Source: Dehalococcoidia bacterium (GTDB lineage: Bacteria > Chloroflexota > Dehalococcoidia > Lucifugimonadales > UBA3495). Taken from it: DNA of 64,000 nucleotides. Under the pieces are notes generated by a model. That model saw only the letters and a list, made by a program, of their open reading frames with translations. It was not told where the DNA came from and did not search any database. The stretch is from NCBI GenBank assembly GCA_965220625.1, contig CBDCQN010000001.1, positions 156,930 through 220,929 of the forward strand, given 5' to 3'. The position numbers and the translations under genes were made by a program. Within the stretch, counting starts at the first letter, position 1. Each line of letters opens with the position of its first letter. Of the stretch, positions 37,815 through 46,952 are shown in pieces.

Positions 37815-38000
37815 TCTTCATGCGGGGAGGGGCGGCCACAAGGGAGGGGGCGGCCACAAATGCCGCTCCTACATATTCATTTTCGTGGCCAAGGCTAGGT
37901 GGGGCCACCGGAGGGGTAGAGTGAAAAGCCCTGGGCTTGACGCCGTCTTCTCGCCAGGCGCACGAATAAACCCGGCCCTGCGGGGATGATGGCGTCCCTT

Positions 38001-38150
38001 TCGTCTTTCCGGCGAACGCCGGAATCCACGTAACCCCAACCCTCAGGGACAGCAGGTTTAACTCCAGCCTAAGGGCGACTCCTACACCAACTCGCGGGCA
38101 TACAGACGCCGGGGAGGAGACGTGGATTCCGGCGTTCGCCGGAAAGACGA
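38001..38150. repeat. Pair of REP-like elements forming a perfect 31 bp inverted repeat
   Basis: TCGTCTTTCCGGCGAACGCCGGAATCCACGT at 38001-38031, with its exact reverse complement at 38120-38150. The spacer is 88 bp. Confidence 0.85.
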
Positions 38151-38196
38151 GATGTCTGTGAAAGCAGCGGTGTGGCGGCCGGGTGAAAGCTTCCCA

Positions 38197-38628
38197 TTAC
38201 TCCGGAAGGAAGCTCCACGGGACGAAACGCTCGGGCACGATCTTGATTATCGGGCTTTCGGAAAGGTCCATCTCCCGGTATTGGGGGTATTTCTCCCGCA
38301 ATAATTCCATCGCCGACGCCCATTCGTCCCCGGAGTCCAGGAGCCCGGCCCGCCCAAGCACCAACACGTACCAAAGGCGATGCCAGTCTTCCTCGTAGTG
38401 GTCCACCACCAGCGAGACCTGTGGATTGGCCAGTATATTCCGGACCCGGCGCAATCGGGTCACCGCCGTGCTCTTGGGCTTCCGGTCCAGCACCGAGAAC
38501 ACCGACTCGCCGTCGAAGGTGAAGCACACCGGAATGACGTGGGGATGCCCCTCCGGGCTGGCCGTGGCCAGATGGCCCACCCGCGCGGACCGGAGTAGTT
38601 GATCGGCGTTGGCAGTCAGTTGGGCCAC
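38197..38628 (-). CDS. PPOX-class (pyridoxamine 5'-phosphate oxidase-like) probable F420-dependent oxidoreductase
   Basis: 143 aa. ARVGHLATASPEGHPHVIPVCF and the split-barrel pattern. Confidence 0.7.
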   Translation of the reverse strand: MAQLTANADQLLRSARVGHLATASPEGHPHVIPVCFTFDGESVFSVLDRKPKSTAVTRLRRVRNILANPQVSLVVDHYEEDWHRLWYVLVLGRAGLLDSGDEWASAMELLREKYPQYREMDLSESPIIKIVPERFVPWSFLPE

Positions 38629-38727
38629 AATTAAACTAAGGAACCTCTGAACAAGTTATGGTCATTGAGGCGAAAGCCGAAATCTCGGAGGAGAGCTTAA
38701 CAGTATTAGCTATCAAATGAGCGTCGG

Positions 38728-38766
38728 CACCCCCATCCTAACCTTCCCCCATCGGGGGGAAGGGAC
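38728..38766. repeat. REP-like hairpin element (CCCAYCCTAACCYTCCCCCA-N-TGGGGGRAGGGAC)
   Basis: CACCCCCATCCTAACCTTCCCCCATCGGGGGGAAGGGAC. A second copy lies at 54599-54637. Confidence 0.7.
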
Positions 38767-38838
38767 TTGTTCAGATGTTCCCTAAACCTACAGGCAAACT
38801 AACCGGACAAGTAAACTAAACGGACAGGCGGCGCCGGA

Positions 38839-39762
38839 TCAGGAGCCCGATGCGAACCCCAACGGGTCTTCCAAGAATTCGATATTCTCCAGCTCGGCCT
38901 TGGCGGCGTCCTCAAAGGCGGCGTCACCTTCGCTCACACAGTTCAGCAGCGCCCTCTTGGCCAGCGGTCCGCCGATTTTCCCGAGGGCTGCAATTCCGGC
39001 CAGTTGGACCTGGTAGTCCTCATCCCGCAACAACTCAATGAGGTAGAGCACCGCATCATCTTCCCCCAGTTCACCGCAGGCGTGGGCGGTCTCATACCTG
39101 ACCGACGGGTCCGGGCTCTGCAACTCGCTGATCAGGATCGGCAGCCAGGCAACTTCGCCCGTCCGGCCCATGGCGTAGATGGAACTGGACTTCAGGTCCT
39201 CGTCTTCGCTGGAGTAGGCCCATTCGACAAAGTTCTGGATGGCCTCGGTATTGAACGGCGCCACCGATTCAAGGCACCGCCGTCTCACCGTGATGTCTTC
39301 GTCTTCGTCTTCGAGGGTCTCCATCAGGCTGCGGTGGACCAGCTCTCCATCCTTGGCCAACAGCTTGCTCTCTTGGGCGAGCAGAGAGAACTTGCCCAAC
39401 CCGAGAGCCGCCGCAACCCGTACGCGAGTCCCCTTGGTCGATTGGAGCACCTCCACCAACGCGGGGATGATCGAGCGGTCTTCGTGCTCCCACAGTCCCT
39501 CGATGGCCGCTTCCAGCACATCTTCGTCGCTGATTCTGAGGCACATTTTGAACACCGCATTGAAGTCCAATTCGGCGTTTTCTTCGGCCAGCTGCGCCAT
39601 GGCAGAGACGATTTCCAACTGGCGCTCTTCAGAGATATCCAGCCAAGCCCTGGCGAATTGGCCCATTTCTTCGGGTGAGAGGTCTGAGACCTCGTGGAAG
39701 GCGGACGACGGCATTTCCGTAGAGGTGTCGTCCATAATTTCGAGAAACTGTTCGACGGACAT
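38839..39762 (-). CDS. HEAT-repeat protein
   Basis: Repeated HEAT-like helices (VRVAAALGLGKF, VRYETAHACGELGD, VQLAGIAALGKIG). Start set at ATG 39762; the ORF track start is 39891. Confidence 0.6.
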   Translation of the reverse strand: MSVEQFLEIMDDTSTEMPSSAFHEVSDLSPEEMGQFARAWLDISEERQLEIVSAMAQLAEENAELDFNAVFKMCLRISDEDVLEAAIEGLWEHEDRSIIPALVEVLQSTKGTRVRVAAALGLGKFSLLAQESKLLAKDGELVHRSLMETLEDEDEDITVRRRCLESVAPFNTEAIQNFVEWAYSSEDEDLKSSSIYAMGRTGEVAWLPILISELQSPDPSVRYETAHACGELGEDDAVLYLIELLRDEDYQVQLAGIAALGKIGGPLAKRALLNCVSEGDAAFEDAAKAELENIEFLEDPLGFASGS

Positions 39763-39888
39763 CGGGAAGTGTGCCTGTTCGGGCAGGATGGCGGGTGTGG
39801 GATTCGTGACCCATACAGTATAGAGGCAACACCTGTCGTGTTCCAACGGGCGAGCGTAAGTGTTCAGTCCACGTGAGGAGCCCCCGCC

Positions 39889-39921
39889 CACCCTGTGGAT
39901 ACCGGCTTTCGCCGGTATGAC
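39889..39921 (-). repeat. REP-like palindromic element, inverted copy of 11082-11114
   Basis: CACCCTGTGGATACCGGCTTTCGCCGGTATGAC is the reverse complement of the 11082-11114 element. Confidence 0.75.
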
Positions 39922-39953
39922 GGGAGATGGGCTGCGGCGGGGGGCGGGTGGGA

Positions 39954-40064
39954 TTTTTGAGGTCCGGTGTTATTTAGATTCAGAATCAGGATTGCACTAT
40001 TCTGGGAAGTCACTATCGTGAAGCACCGTTACCGGCGTTGGAAAGGTACAAGTGTCACAAGGCC
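39954..40064 (+). repeat. ~111 bp intergenic repeat, copy B
   Basis: About 88 percent identical by hand alignment to the reverse complement of 15570-15680. Contains palindrome GATTCAGAATC (39977-39987) and TTGCAC-N16-TATCGT (39992-40019). Confidence 0.8.
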
Positions 40065-40195
40065 AGCCACAGAGGACTGAACAACCACCGCTTCCACAAG
40101 AAGTGTGCTTCCACAATATTCCCCTTATTCGAGATTCGTAAGAATCCGGGACCGGGAGTATTTGATCGAAAGCCACCGGCTTAACCGGCTCCCTT

Positions 40196-42298
40196 TTATT
40201 GGACCGCTTTGATGTTGTGGAAATGGGTGATCCCGGCCGAAGACAGGCCCGGGTACACCCAGCCGGCGATAAACTCGGGGTTGACTGTCATGTCGTGGGT
40301 GAGTTCGAACATCGGAATGTCAGCGTAGTTGTCGTAGAGGTAGTTGCCCAATTCCAGGGCGCAGGTATTCCTGATGTCCCGTTGCGATTGGGTAAGGAGG
40401 CATTGGTTCCTCTGGTTGACGTAGTCGTCAGCGAAACCCCAGAAGAAACCGGTGTCCGCGTAGAAGATGTGCGTGCCCAGTTGGGTAGTCCTGATGGGGG
40501 TGTTCCTGATGACGACCACGGTGTTGTGCCACTGATGGGTACGATTTTGATTTAACCAATCGCCGAAGCCAACTTCCGTGACGTTCATTTCGACGTCCAC
40601 GTCGGCGTACATGATCTGGATTGCTTCGGTAACGTCGTGCAACTCAGGACTTCCCGGAATGACCGTGGTCGCCGATTTGATCTTGAGGGGGTTGTCAGGC
40701 CCGTACCCCTCTAAGGCCAGCAGACGCCTGGCTTCATCCGGATCGTAGCCGTACGCCTCGTCGAACCGCTCCACCCATTCCGGGTTCCAGCCCTCGTTAA
40801 GCGGATTGAACACGTAGCGGGCGACTGGGGTTGCCCTTCCCAGGTAAATCTCGTTCCGGATGGCTTCCCGGTTAATGGCGACGTTCAGCGCTTTCCGGAC
40901 ATTGAGCTTTTCGAAAGGCAGGTCCGGGATGTAATGGTCGGGAAACCGCTCGGTGTTTTCGAAGTACATACCGCCGAACATCAGGGCCACCTGGACGCTG
41001 GGAACGGTGCTGGATATGACCTTCATGCCCCGTACCTCGGCGTCAGGTTGCAGCGTTCTTTCAACCGACGAGATATGGGCTTCGTCGCTCAGGAGCATCG
41101 CCATCCGGGTCAAGCTGTCCGCCGCCCAGACGAACTCGAAGTTGTCGAAATCTACGTCGTAGAGCCAGTGGCCTTCCGGTACCCTTTCGTAGGAGAGGCC
41201 CACGCCCAACTGCCGGCCGGTCAGCTGGTACGGGCCGGTCCCGGCGGTCTGTATGTTGTCGAAGGCGTTCATTCCTTCGGCTTCGAACTGGGCGCTGCTC
41301 ACGATGATCAGGTCCCCGGCGTGGCGGGAGAACAGCCTCGTGCCGTCCAGGTACGGCCACTCGAAGTGGAATTTGATGTTTTGGTCATCCACGACCTCGG
41401 GAGTAACCGTCTCCCACACCGATCTCAACGACGCCAGGCTGTCCTCTCTGATCAGCTGTTTGTAGGTGTGCAGAACGTCAGCACTGCTAACGTCTCCCCA
41501 GCCGTGCTGGAAGGGCATCCCCTCCCGTAGGGTGAAAGACCACTCGGTGAAATCGGCGTTCGTCTCCCATCTCTCGGCCAGTAACGGGAACGGCTGGCCG
41601 GTGGTCTCGTCGTTGCCCAGCAGCGTCTCGGCAAAAACGTCGTGTTGGAAGAGGTGCCGCCAGCCGCCTACCCAGGTGCGGTTGCTTTCAACGTCGGGCG
41701 GGGGGTTGGCGATTCTGACAATGGGCTGCCTGACTCTCCCTACCGCCGCGGTGGGGCGGGGGACCGCCGTCGCCGGAACGGCCGTGGGGGTCGGAACCGG
41801 AGTCAGGATAGCCGCCCGCACGATCCGGTCGATGTCCGCTTCCGACAGCATTTCCGGCGCAGTGGCCGCCGCTTCGTCTAAGGCGCCCTCGAACAGTTGA
41901 CGTATCTGGGACTCGGAAAGGGCCTCCGGAAATTGAATTCCCGCAATGGCGTCGGCTATCGTCTGTTGCAGGTCCGCTTCCGACAGCATTTCCGGCGCAG
42001 TGGCCGCCGCTTCGTCTAAGGCGCCCTCGAACAGTTGACGTATCTGGGACTCGGAAAGGGTCTCCGGAAATTGAATTCCCGCAATGGCGTCGGCTATCGT
42101 CTGTTGCAGTTCCGAAGTGATGGCGGCCACATTGACCGGTGTGGGCGTTGGCGCCGGGGTCGCTGTCGGGGGCACGATGACTTCGGCGGCCGGTGCAGGC
42201 GCACTGTCATCGCCGCACGCTACCCCAACTATCACCAACGCCGCAACCAGCGGCGCCAGCAGGAGCCACGTGCGATTCTTCATCCATTGACCGATCAT
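40196..42298 (-). CDS. ABC-transporter substrate-binding lipoprotein, family 5, with duplicated N-terminal helical module
   Basis: Signal peptide and lipobox (LLLAPLVAALVIVGVAC), Pro/Thr linkers and a 2 x 46 aa repeat, then an SBP-5 core. Start set at ATG 42298; the ORF track start is 42349. Confidence 0.8.
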   Translation of the reverse strand: MIGQWMKNRTWLLLAPLVAALVIVGVACGDDSAPAPAAEVIVPPTATPAPTPTPVNVAAITSELQQTIADAIAGIQFPETLSESQIRQLFEGALDEAAATAPEMLSEADLQQTIADAIAGIQFPEALSESQIRQLFEGALDEAAATAPEMLSEADIDRIVRAAILTPVPTPTAVPATAVPRPTAAVGRVRQPIVRIANPPPDVESNRTWVGGWRHLFQHDVFAETLLGNDETTGQPFPLLAERWETNADFTEWSFTLREGMPFQHGWGDVSSADVLHTYKQLIREDSLASLRSVWETVTPEVVDDQNIKFHFEWPYLDGTRLFSRHAGDLIIVSSAQFEAEGMNAFDNIQTAGTGPYQLTGRQLGVGLSYERVPEGHWLYDVDFDNFEFVWAADSLTRMAMLLSDEAHISSVERTLQPDAEVRGMKVISSTVPSVQVALMFGGMYFENTERFPDHYIPDLPFEKLNVRKALNVAINREAIRNEIYLGRATPVARYVFNPLNEGWNPEWVERFDEAYGYDPDEARRLLALEGYGPDNPLKIKSATTVIPGSPELHDVTEAIQIMYADVDVEMNVTEVGFGDWLNQNRTHQWHNTVVVIRNTPIRTTQLGTHIFYADTGFFWGFADDYVNQRNQCLLTQSQRDIRNTCALELGNYLYDNYADIPMFELTHDMTVNPEFIAGWVYPGLSSAGITHFHNIKAVQ
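41834..42109. repeat. 2 x 138 bp near-identical tandem duplication inside the SBP gene
   Basis: Unit 41834-41971 is repeated at 41972-42109. I found a single difference by eye (GGGCCTCC vs GGGTCTCC). Confidence 0.9.
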
Positions 42299-42487
42299 GG
42301 GCCTCCCTTCATCTATCTCAATTGAAATCCAATGACGTTTTAGCGTCACTCAGAGGAACAAAAACACCGGAGAAGCAATCAGTTTATTGCAGACCTGTCA
42401 ATCTAATGGTATCCAGCCCTATCCAGCCCTGGATAACCGCGAAGTGTCAAGTATTTGAACGGCCTATACCAATGGACTTCCTGACGG

Positions 42488-44059
42488 CTACCGCCCGTCC
42501 CGCAGGCGGCGCATCGCCTCCGGCAGGGCGGCCAGCAGGTCCGAGGCGGCCAGCCCGGCGTTTCCCAACCTGCCGGTCACACTCAGGGCGGCCATGCCGT
42601 GAAGGTACACCCCGCAGCAGGCGGCGTCATACGGGCCGAGACCCTGGGCCAAGAGACTCACAATCACTCCGCTCAACACGTCGCCCGTGCCGCCGGTGGC
42701 CAAGCCGGGGTTAGCGAAGGGGGCGACCGCCACCGGTTGGCCGGGAGCCGCGATCACGGTATGGGCTCCCTTCAATACCACGCAGGCGCCCCATCGCTGG
42801 GCCCATTTCTTGGCAACGGCCTCCCGATACGTTTGAATCTGGGCTACGGTAAGGCCCGTCAGGGTGGACATCTCCCCCGGATGGGGGGTGAGCACCAAAG
42901 GGGCGGTAACCCTCCGGGGCCAGTCCGCCACTTGGGACAGGTTGTTGAGCCCGTCGGCGTCTACAAGAATGGGCAGAGTGGGCAGCGCCGGGGCCGCCTC
43001 GCACAACAACCGTTCCACGAAAGCGGTCGTTCCCGCCGACCACCCGAGGCCGCAGCCTACCGCCAGAGCGGAGTACCGGCGGGCCGATTCGCGGACGACC
43101 AAAGCGGCTTCCGGGCTGGTGCGGCCATCCGCATCCTCCGGCAACGGCAGATGTATCGCCTCGACGCTGCCGGAGGCGACGATGGGGTGGACGCCAACTG
43201 GGCTCGCCAGCGTGGTCAGTCCCGCCCCGGTGCGCACCGATGCTTGAGACGACAGGCAGGCCGCGCCGACGTAATTCCGGGAGCCCGCGACGATCAGGGC
43301 GTGGCCGTAGGTCCCCTTGTGGGAATCGAGCGGGCGCTCCGGCAAACGGGCGCTCACCCACTCGGGCGTCAGCAACTCCAACCCGACCGCTTGCTCCTCG
43401 GACAAGCCGGGAGGCAGGCCGATGTCCAGCACTTGCAACCGTCCGACGTGTGCCGCCCCAGGGAAACGAAACATTCCCGTTTTGGGGAACCCCAAGGCCA
43501 GCGTGCAGTCGACGAAGGGACACGCCGGGTCTGCCTCACCGCTGTCGGCGTTCAGACCGGTGGGCAGGTCCAGAGCCATGATTGCCGGACCGCCGGCGAC
43601 CCTTCGAGCTTCGCGGAGCATCAACATCGCGTCTTTGACCGCCCCTTCCAACGGCCTGGCCCGTCCTGTTCCCAAGACAGCGTCAATCACCAACGTCGAT
43701 CGTCCGAGAAGAAGGCCTAACCGGCGCAGGCCGGGATCGTCAGCCGCCCGGAGCACGGCAACGCCGTATTCCAGGGCAAGGTCCAGCTTGGGATCGATTT
43801 CGGGCCTTGGGGTGACCAGGCAACAAGTGACCTCGCCGCCCCACCGCCGCAGATGGCGGGCCGCCACCAAACCATCGGCGCCGTTGTTGCCGGGGCCAGT
43901 GAGAACCACTACAGTCATGCCCGCGATGCCGCTCAAGACCTCCCGGACCGCCCGCGCGACCGCTAGCCCGGCATTTTCCATCAATACATCGGTACTGACC
44001 CCGGCCCGTTCCGAGGCCTGCTCGATGGCCGCCATCTGGGCGGCGGTGACGATCTTCAC
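42488..44059 (-). CDS. nnr: Bifunctional NAD(P)H-hydrate repair enzyme (epimerase + ADP-dependent dehydratase)
   Basis: 523 aa. N-terminal YjeF_N (LTGPGNNGADG) and a C-terminal carbohydrate-kinase-like domain (GTGDVLSG). The GTG start overlaps the acpS stop (GTGA). Confidence 0.9.
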   Translation of the reverse strand: MKIVTAAQMAAIEQASERAGVSTDVLMENAGLAVARAVREVLSGIAGMTVVVLTGPGNNGADGLVAARHLRRWGGEVTCCLVTPRPEIDPKLDLALEYGVAVLRAADDPGLRRLGLLLGRSTLVIDAVLGTGRARPLEGAVKDAMLMLREARRVAGGPAIMALDLPTGLNADSGEADPACPFVDCTLALGFPKTGMFRFPGAAHVGRLQVLDIGLPPGLSEEQAVGLELLTPEWVSARLPERPLDSHKGTYGHALIVAGSRNYVGAACLSSQASVRTGAGLTTLASPVGVHPIVASGSVEAIHLPLPEDADGRTSPEAALVVRESARRYSALAVGCGLGWSAGTTAFVERLLCEAAPALPTLPILVDADGLNNLSQVADWPRRVTAPLVLTPHPGEMSTLTGLTVAQIQTYREAVAKKWAQRWGACVVLKGAHTVIAAPGQPVAVAPFANPGLATGGTGDVLSGVIVSLLAQGLGPYDAACCGVYLHGMAALSVTGRLGNAGLAASDLLAALPEAMRRLRDGR

Positions 44060-44430
44060 TCCCGGTCCTCGCGACTCACCACGACGAAAGCGACGGCGTA
44101 GTCCCGGGAGTGGGAGATGCTCAACGAAGTTTCCAGCACCCCCAACCGTTGCGCCCTCGACTCAGCCCGGCCGTGGTAAAGGACGCCCGGCGCGCCGCTG
44201 GGAGCCCGCACCACCTCGATGTCTTTCCAGCCGACTCCCCGAACGCCGGTGCCCAAGGCCTTCATGGCGGCCTCTTTGGCGGCGAACCGCGCCGCCAGGT
44301 TGGGGGCCCGGCCCCGGCAGTACGCGATCTCGCCGGCCGTGAATACACGGTCCAGGAAGCGTTGGCCGTAGCGGTCCAGCACGTCCCGGATACGCGAGAT
44401 TTCAATAATGTCGACGCCGGTAGTGAGCAT
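44056..44430 (-). CDS. acpS: Holo-[acyl-carrier-protein] synthase
   Basis: GVDIIEISRI, FAAKEAAMKALG and SLSISHSRDYAVAFVV. Start set at ATG 44430. Confidence 0.85.
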   Translation of the reverse strand: MLTTGVDIIEISRIRDVLDRYGQRFLDRVFTAGEIAYCRGRAPNLAARFAAKEAAMKALGTGVRGVGWKDIEVVRAPSGAPGVLYHGRAESRAQRLGVLETSLSISHSRDYAVAFVVVSREDRE

Positions 44431-44509
44431 TATTGAATTTGGAATGCGGAATTGGGAGTGTGGAAAGGGACCCGGCAAGTCCGCGCTCCTCGTTCCGCAC
44501 TCCCCATTC

Positions 44510-45388
44510 CTAACTCTTGGCGTGGCCGGGAAGAACCAGGTTGTCCAGTATCTTGGAGACCGAGTAACTGCGGTTCAACACGTAGAAGTGGACTCCGGGG
44601 ACCCCGGCCGCCCACAACCCTTCGACTTGGCGGGTGGCGTATTCGACTCCAATTTCCCTCGCGCCTTCGTCGTCTTCGGCGTACCGCACCAAGTGGCCTT
44701 CCAGGTCTTCGGGAATCCTGGAGCCGCAGAGAGTGGTAAACCGGCGGATTTGAGGTGCGCTGAGCACCGGCAGCACCCCCGGGATGATGGGGACGTTGAT
44801 ACCTGCGGCTTCGGCCCTTTCGACGAACCGGAAATAGTCGTCGTTGTCGTAGAAGAGCTGGGTAATCAGGAATTCCGCGCCGTTCTCGACCTTCAACCTG
44901 GCGTAGTCCAGGTCGGCGTCCAGGTCGACGGCCTCGGTGTGGCCCTCCGGGTAGCACGCGGCGGCGATGCCGAAGGCGTAATTGCCGCGGATGTGACTGA
45001 TCAGGTCCGAGGCGTGATGAAACCCGCCCTCGACCGGCACGAACTCCGTTTCCCCGCGGGGAGGGTCTCCCCTAAGGGCGATCACGTTCTCTATGGATGC
45101 CTCCTCCAACCGGCCGAGAACTCCGTCCAACTCCTCGACGGTCTGGCCGACGCAGGTGAGGTGGGCCATCACTTCCACGTCGGAAGTCCGTTTGGCCTGG
45201 ATGGTTATCTCTTCGGTAAAGGCCCGGGTGGAGCCGCCGGCGCCGTAGGTAACGGAAACGAACTCGGGCGAGTAGGCGGTCAGCTCCTCCAGGGTCGCGA
45301 GCACGTCCGGTATGCCTTCGGCGGCCCGTGGCGGGAAGAATTCGAAGGATATCGTGCGGCCTTCGCGCAGAATGTCTCGGATTTTCAA
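44510..45388 (-). CDS. metF: Methylenetetrahydrofolate reductase
   Basis: 292 aa with a TTG start. SFEFFPPR, VSVTYGAGGSTR, HLTCVG and ALRGDPP motifs. Confidence 0.9.
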   Translation of the reverse strand: MKIRDILREGRTISFEFFPPRAAEGIPDVLATLEELTAYSPEFVSVTYGAGGSTRAFTEEITIQAKRTSDVEVMAHLTCVGQTVEELDGVLGRLEEASIENVIALRGDPPRGETEFVPVEGGFHHASDLISHIRGNYAFGIAAACYPEGHTEAVDLDADLDYARLKVENGAEFLITQLFYDNDDYFRFVERAEAAGINVPIIPGVLPVLSAPQIRRFTTLCGSRIPEDLEGHLVRYAEDDEGAREIGVEYATRQVEGLWAAGVPGVHFYVLNRSYSVSKILDNLVLPGHAKS

Positions 45389-45493
45389 AACTCGCTTCCT
45401 GTACTCCTTGTGGCTGAAGGCAGCGCCTGGGCTGCCTCATCCTGACCCCGACGCATCGGGACTCCGCCAGCATCGGGGAGATTTCGGCCGCCG

Positions 45494-46273
45494 TTAAAAT
45501 TCCGGCGTCCTCTTCTCAATGAACGCCTGGACCCCTTCGGACGGATGGGTCGAAGTGGCGACGTACTGGGCGAAAGCCATTCCCTCCACCGCCACGCCGT
45601 CGCGCACCGAGAGGTCGCGCCCGCGGTTGGTAACCGATTTAATCCACCCCAAGCCGGGACGGCTCTTGGTGCGGAGAGGGGCGACCAGCTTCTCCAACTC
45701 TTCGTCGAGCTGGTCCATGGGCGCCGTTTTCAGGGCCAGTCCCCACTCGACGGCCTCCGCGCCGCTGAGCCAGCGGCCGGTGGTGAGCAGTTCCATGGCC
45801 CGCTGCGACCCAACCAACCGGGGCAGCCTTTGAGTGGAGCCGCCGCCGGGCATCAGTCCGAAGTTAACGTGCTGGTCGCCGATTCTGGCCGTCTCCTCCA
45901 CAACCACCATGTCGCAGGCCATCATCAACTCCAAGCCGCCAGCCAGCGCAAAACCGTGGACCACCGCGATTACCGGGACCGGAAGGCCTTCCAACTGGAA
46001 GAGCACGTCGTTAATCTCACGGATATAGCCGGGCAGATGGGCCGGGTCCTGGAACAGGCCTTCGAAGGTCTTGAGGTCGGCCCCGGCGCAGAAAGCCCGT
46101 CCATTGCCCCGCAGCACCAGCGCTTTCACCGACTCGTCGCCAGCAACGTCGTCCAAGGCTGAGGCGAGTTCGGCCAATAGCTCCCGCCCGAGGGCGTTCA
46201 TGGCATCGGGCCGGTCCAGCCTTATGGTGGCGATGCCAGCGTCTTTGGCAAGTTTGATGTTGGTATAATCCAC
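45494..46273 (-). CDS. Enoyl-CoA hydratase/isomerase (crotonase) family protein
   Basis: 259 aa. LDRPDAMNAL, FCAGADL and GFALAGGLEL motifs. Confidence 0.85.
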   Translation of the reverse strand: MDYTNIKLAKDAGIATIRLDRPDAMNALGRELLAELASALDDVAGDESVKALVLRGNGRAFCAGADLKTFEGLFQDPAHLPGYIREINDVLFQLEGLPVPVIAVVHGFALAGGLELMMACDMVVVEETARIGDQHVNFGLMPGGGSTQRLPRLVGSQRAMELLTTGRWLSGAEAVEWGLALKTAPMDQLDEELEKLVAPLRTKSRPGLGWIKSVTNRGRDLSVRDGVAVEGMAFAQYVATSTHPSEGVQAFIEKRTPEF

Positions 46274-46428
46274 CGGATGCTCCTTAAGGATTGTCCATGA
46301 AACCTAATATACTATACCCGAAAGGGCAGTTAACCACAGAGAACACAGGGGTCACAGGGGAGAAGAAATGAATGAACCCTCTGCGGCCTCTGTGCTCTCT
46401 GTGGTGAATAAAGGCAGCGCTTGAGCCG

Positions 46429-46902
46429 ATGCAGTACATGAACTTCAGCTGGGTTATCGACGGAGAGTTGGGCGGTTCGCAGGGTCCGGCAGCCTACCAC
46501 GACCTGTTCTTTCTCTACTCCCAAGGCGTCCGCGCCGTTATACGGATGGAAGAGCGGACCATTCCCGCCAGGGGCGAGGGCATGGCCGACTTGGTGGACA
46601 TGTTCGAGCCGGTGCCCGATTTCACGCCGCCCACAATGGAGCAAACGCGCCGGATGGTGGCCTTCATCGACGAACAGACCGCCGCTGGCAAACCGGTGGC
46701 CGTTAGCTGCTACGCCGGCGTCGGACGCACCGGCACCGTGCTGGCCTGCTACTTGGTACACCGGGGAGCCGCTCCGCAGGACGCAGTGCGACGGGTCCGG
46801 GAGTTGAGACCCGGCTCCATCCAGACACGGGAGCAAGAGGCGGCCGTCAACCAGTACGCGGAAGAGGAAGACCCCGGAGAGCACGGAGAGTCAAATAACT
46901 AA
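46429..46902 (+). CDS. Dual-specificity / tyrosine protein phosphatase
   Basis: 157 aa. CX5R P-loop VSCYAGVGRTGTV. Confidence 0.75.
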   Translation: MQYMNFSWVIDGELGGSQGPAAYHDLFFLYSQGVRAVIRMEERTIPARGEGMADLVDMFEPVPDFTPPTMEQTRRMVAFIDEQTAAGKPVAVSCYAGVGRTGTVLACYLVHRGAAPQDAVRRVRELRPGSIQTREQEAAVNQYAEEEDPGEHGESNN

Positions 46903-46952
46903 ACGCCTCCGTGGCCTCGGCGTTCTCCGCAGTTGGAAAAGGGAGGAACCCG

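Noticed and set aside
37662-37862. Short tandem repeats (GGATGCCACGGATGCCG x2 at 37662-37694, and GGGGCGGCCACAA x2 near 37826-37862), considered as a possible CRISPR array.
   Set aside because: There are only two abutting copies with no spacers, and no cas genes in the window. These are simple tandem duplications within a repeat-rich gap.
45389-45493. Possible riboswitch or structured leader upstream of metF. Hairpins are CCCCGATGC...GCGTCGGGG and GGCAGC...GCTGCC.
   Set aside because: I cannot match it to SAM, THF or other known riboswitch consensus by eye. It may simply be the terminator region of the upstream crotonase gene. It needs an Rfam scan.
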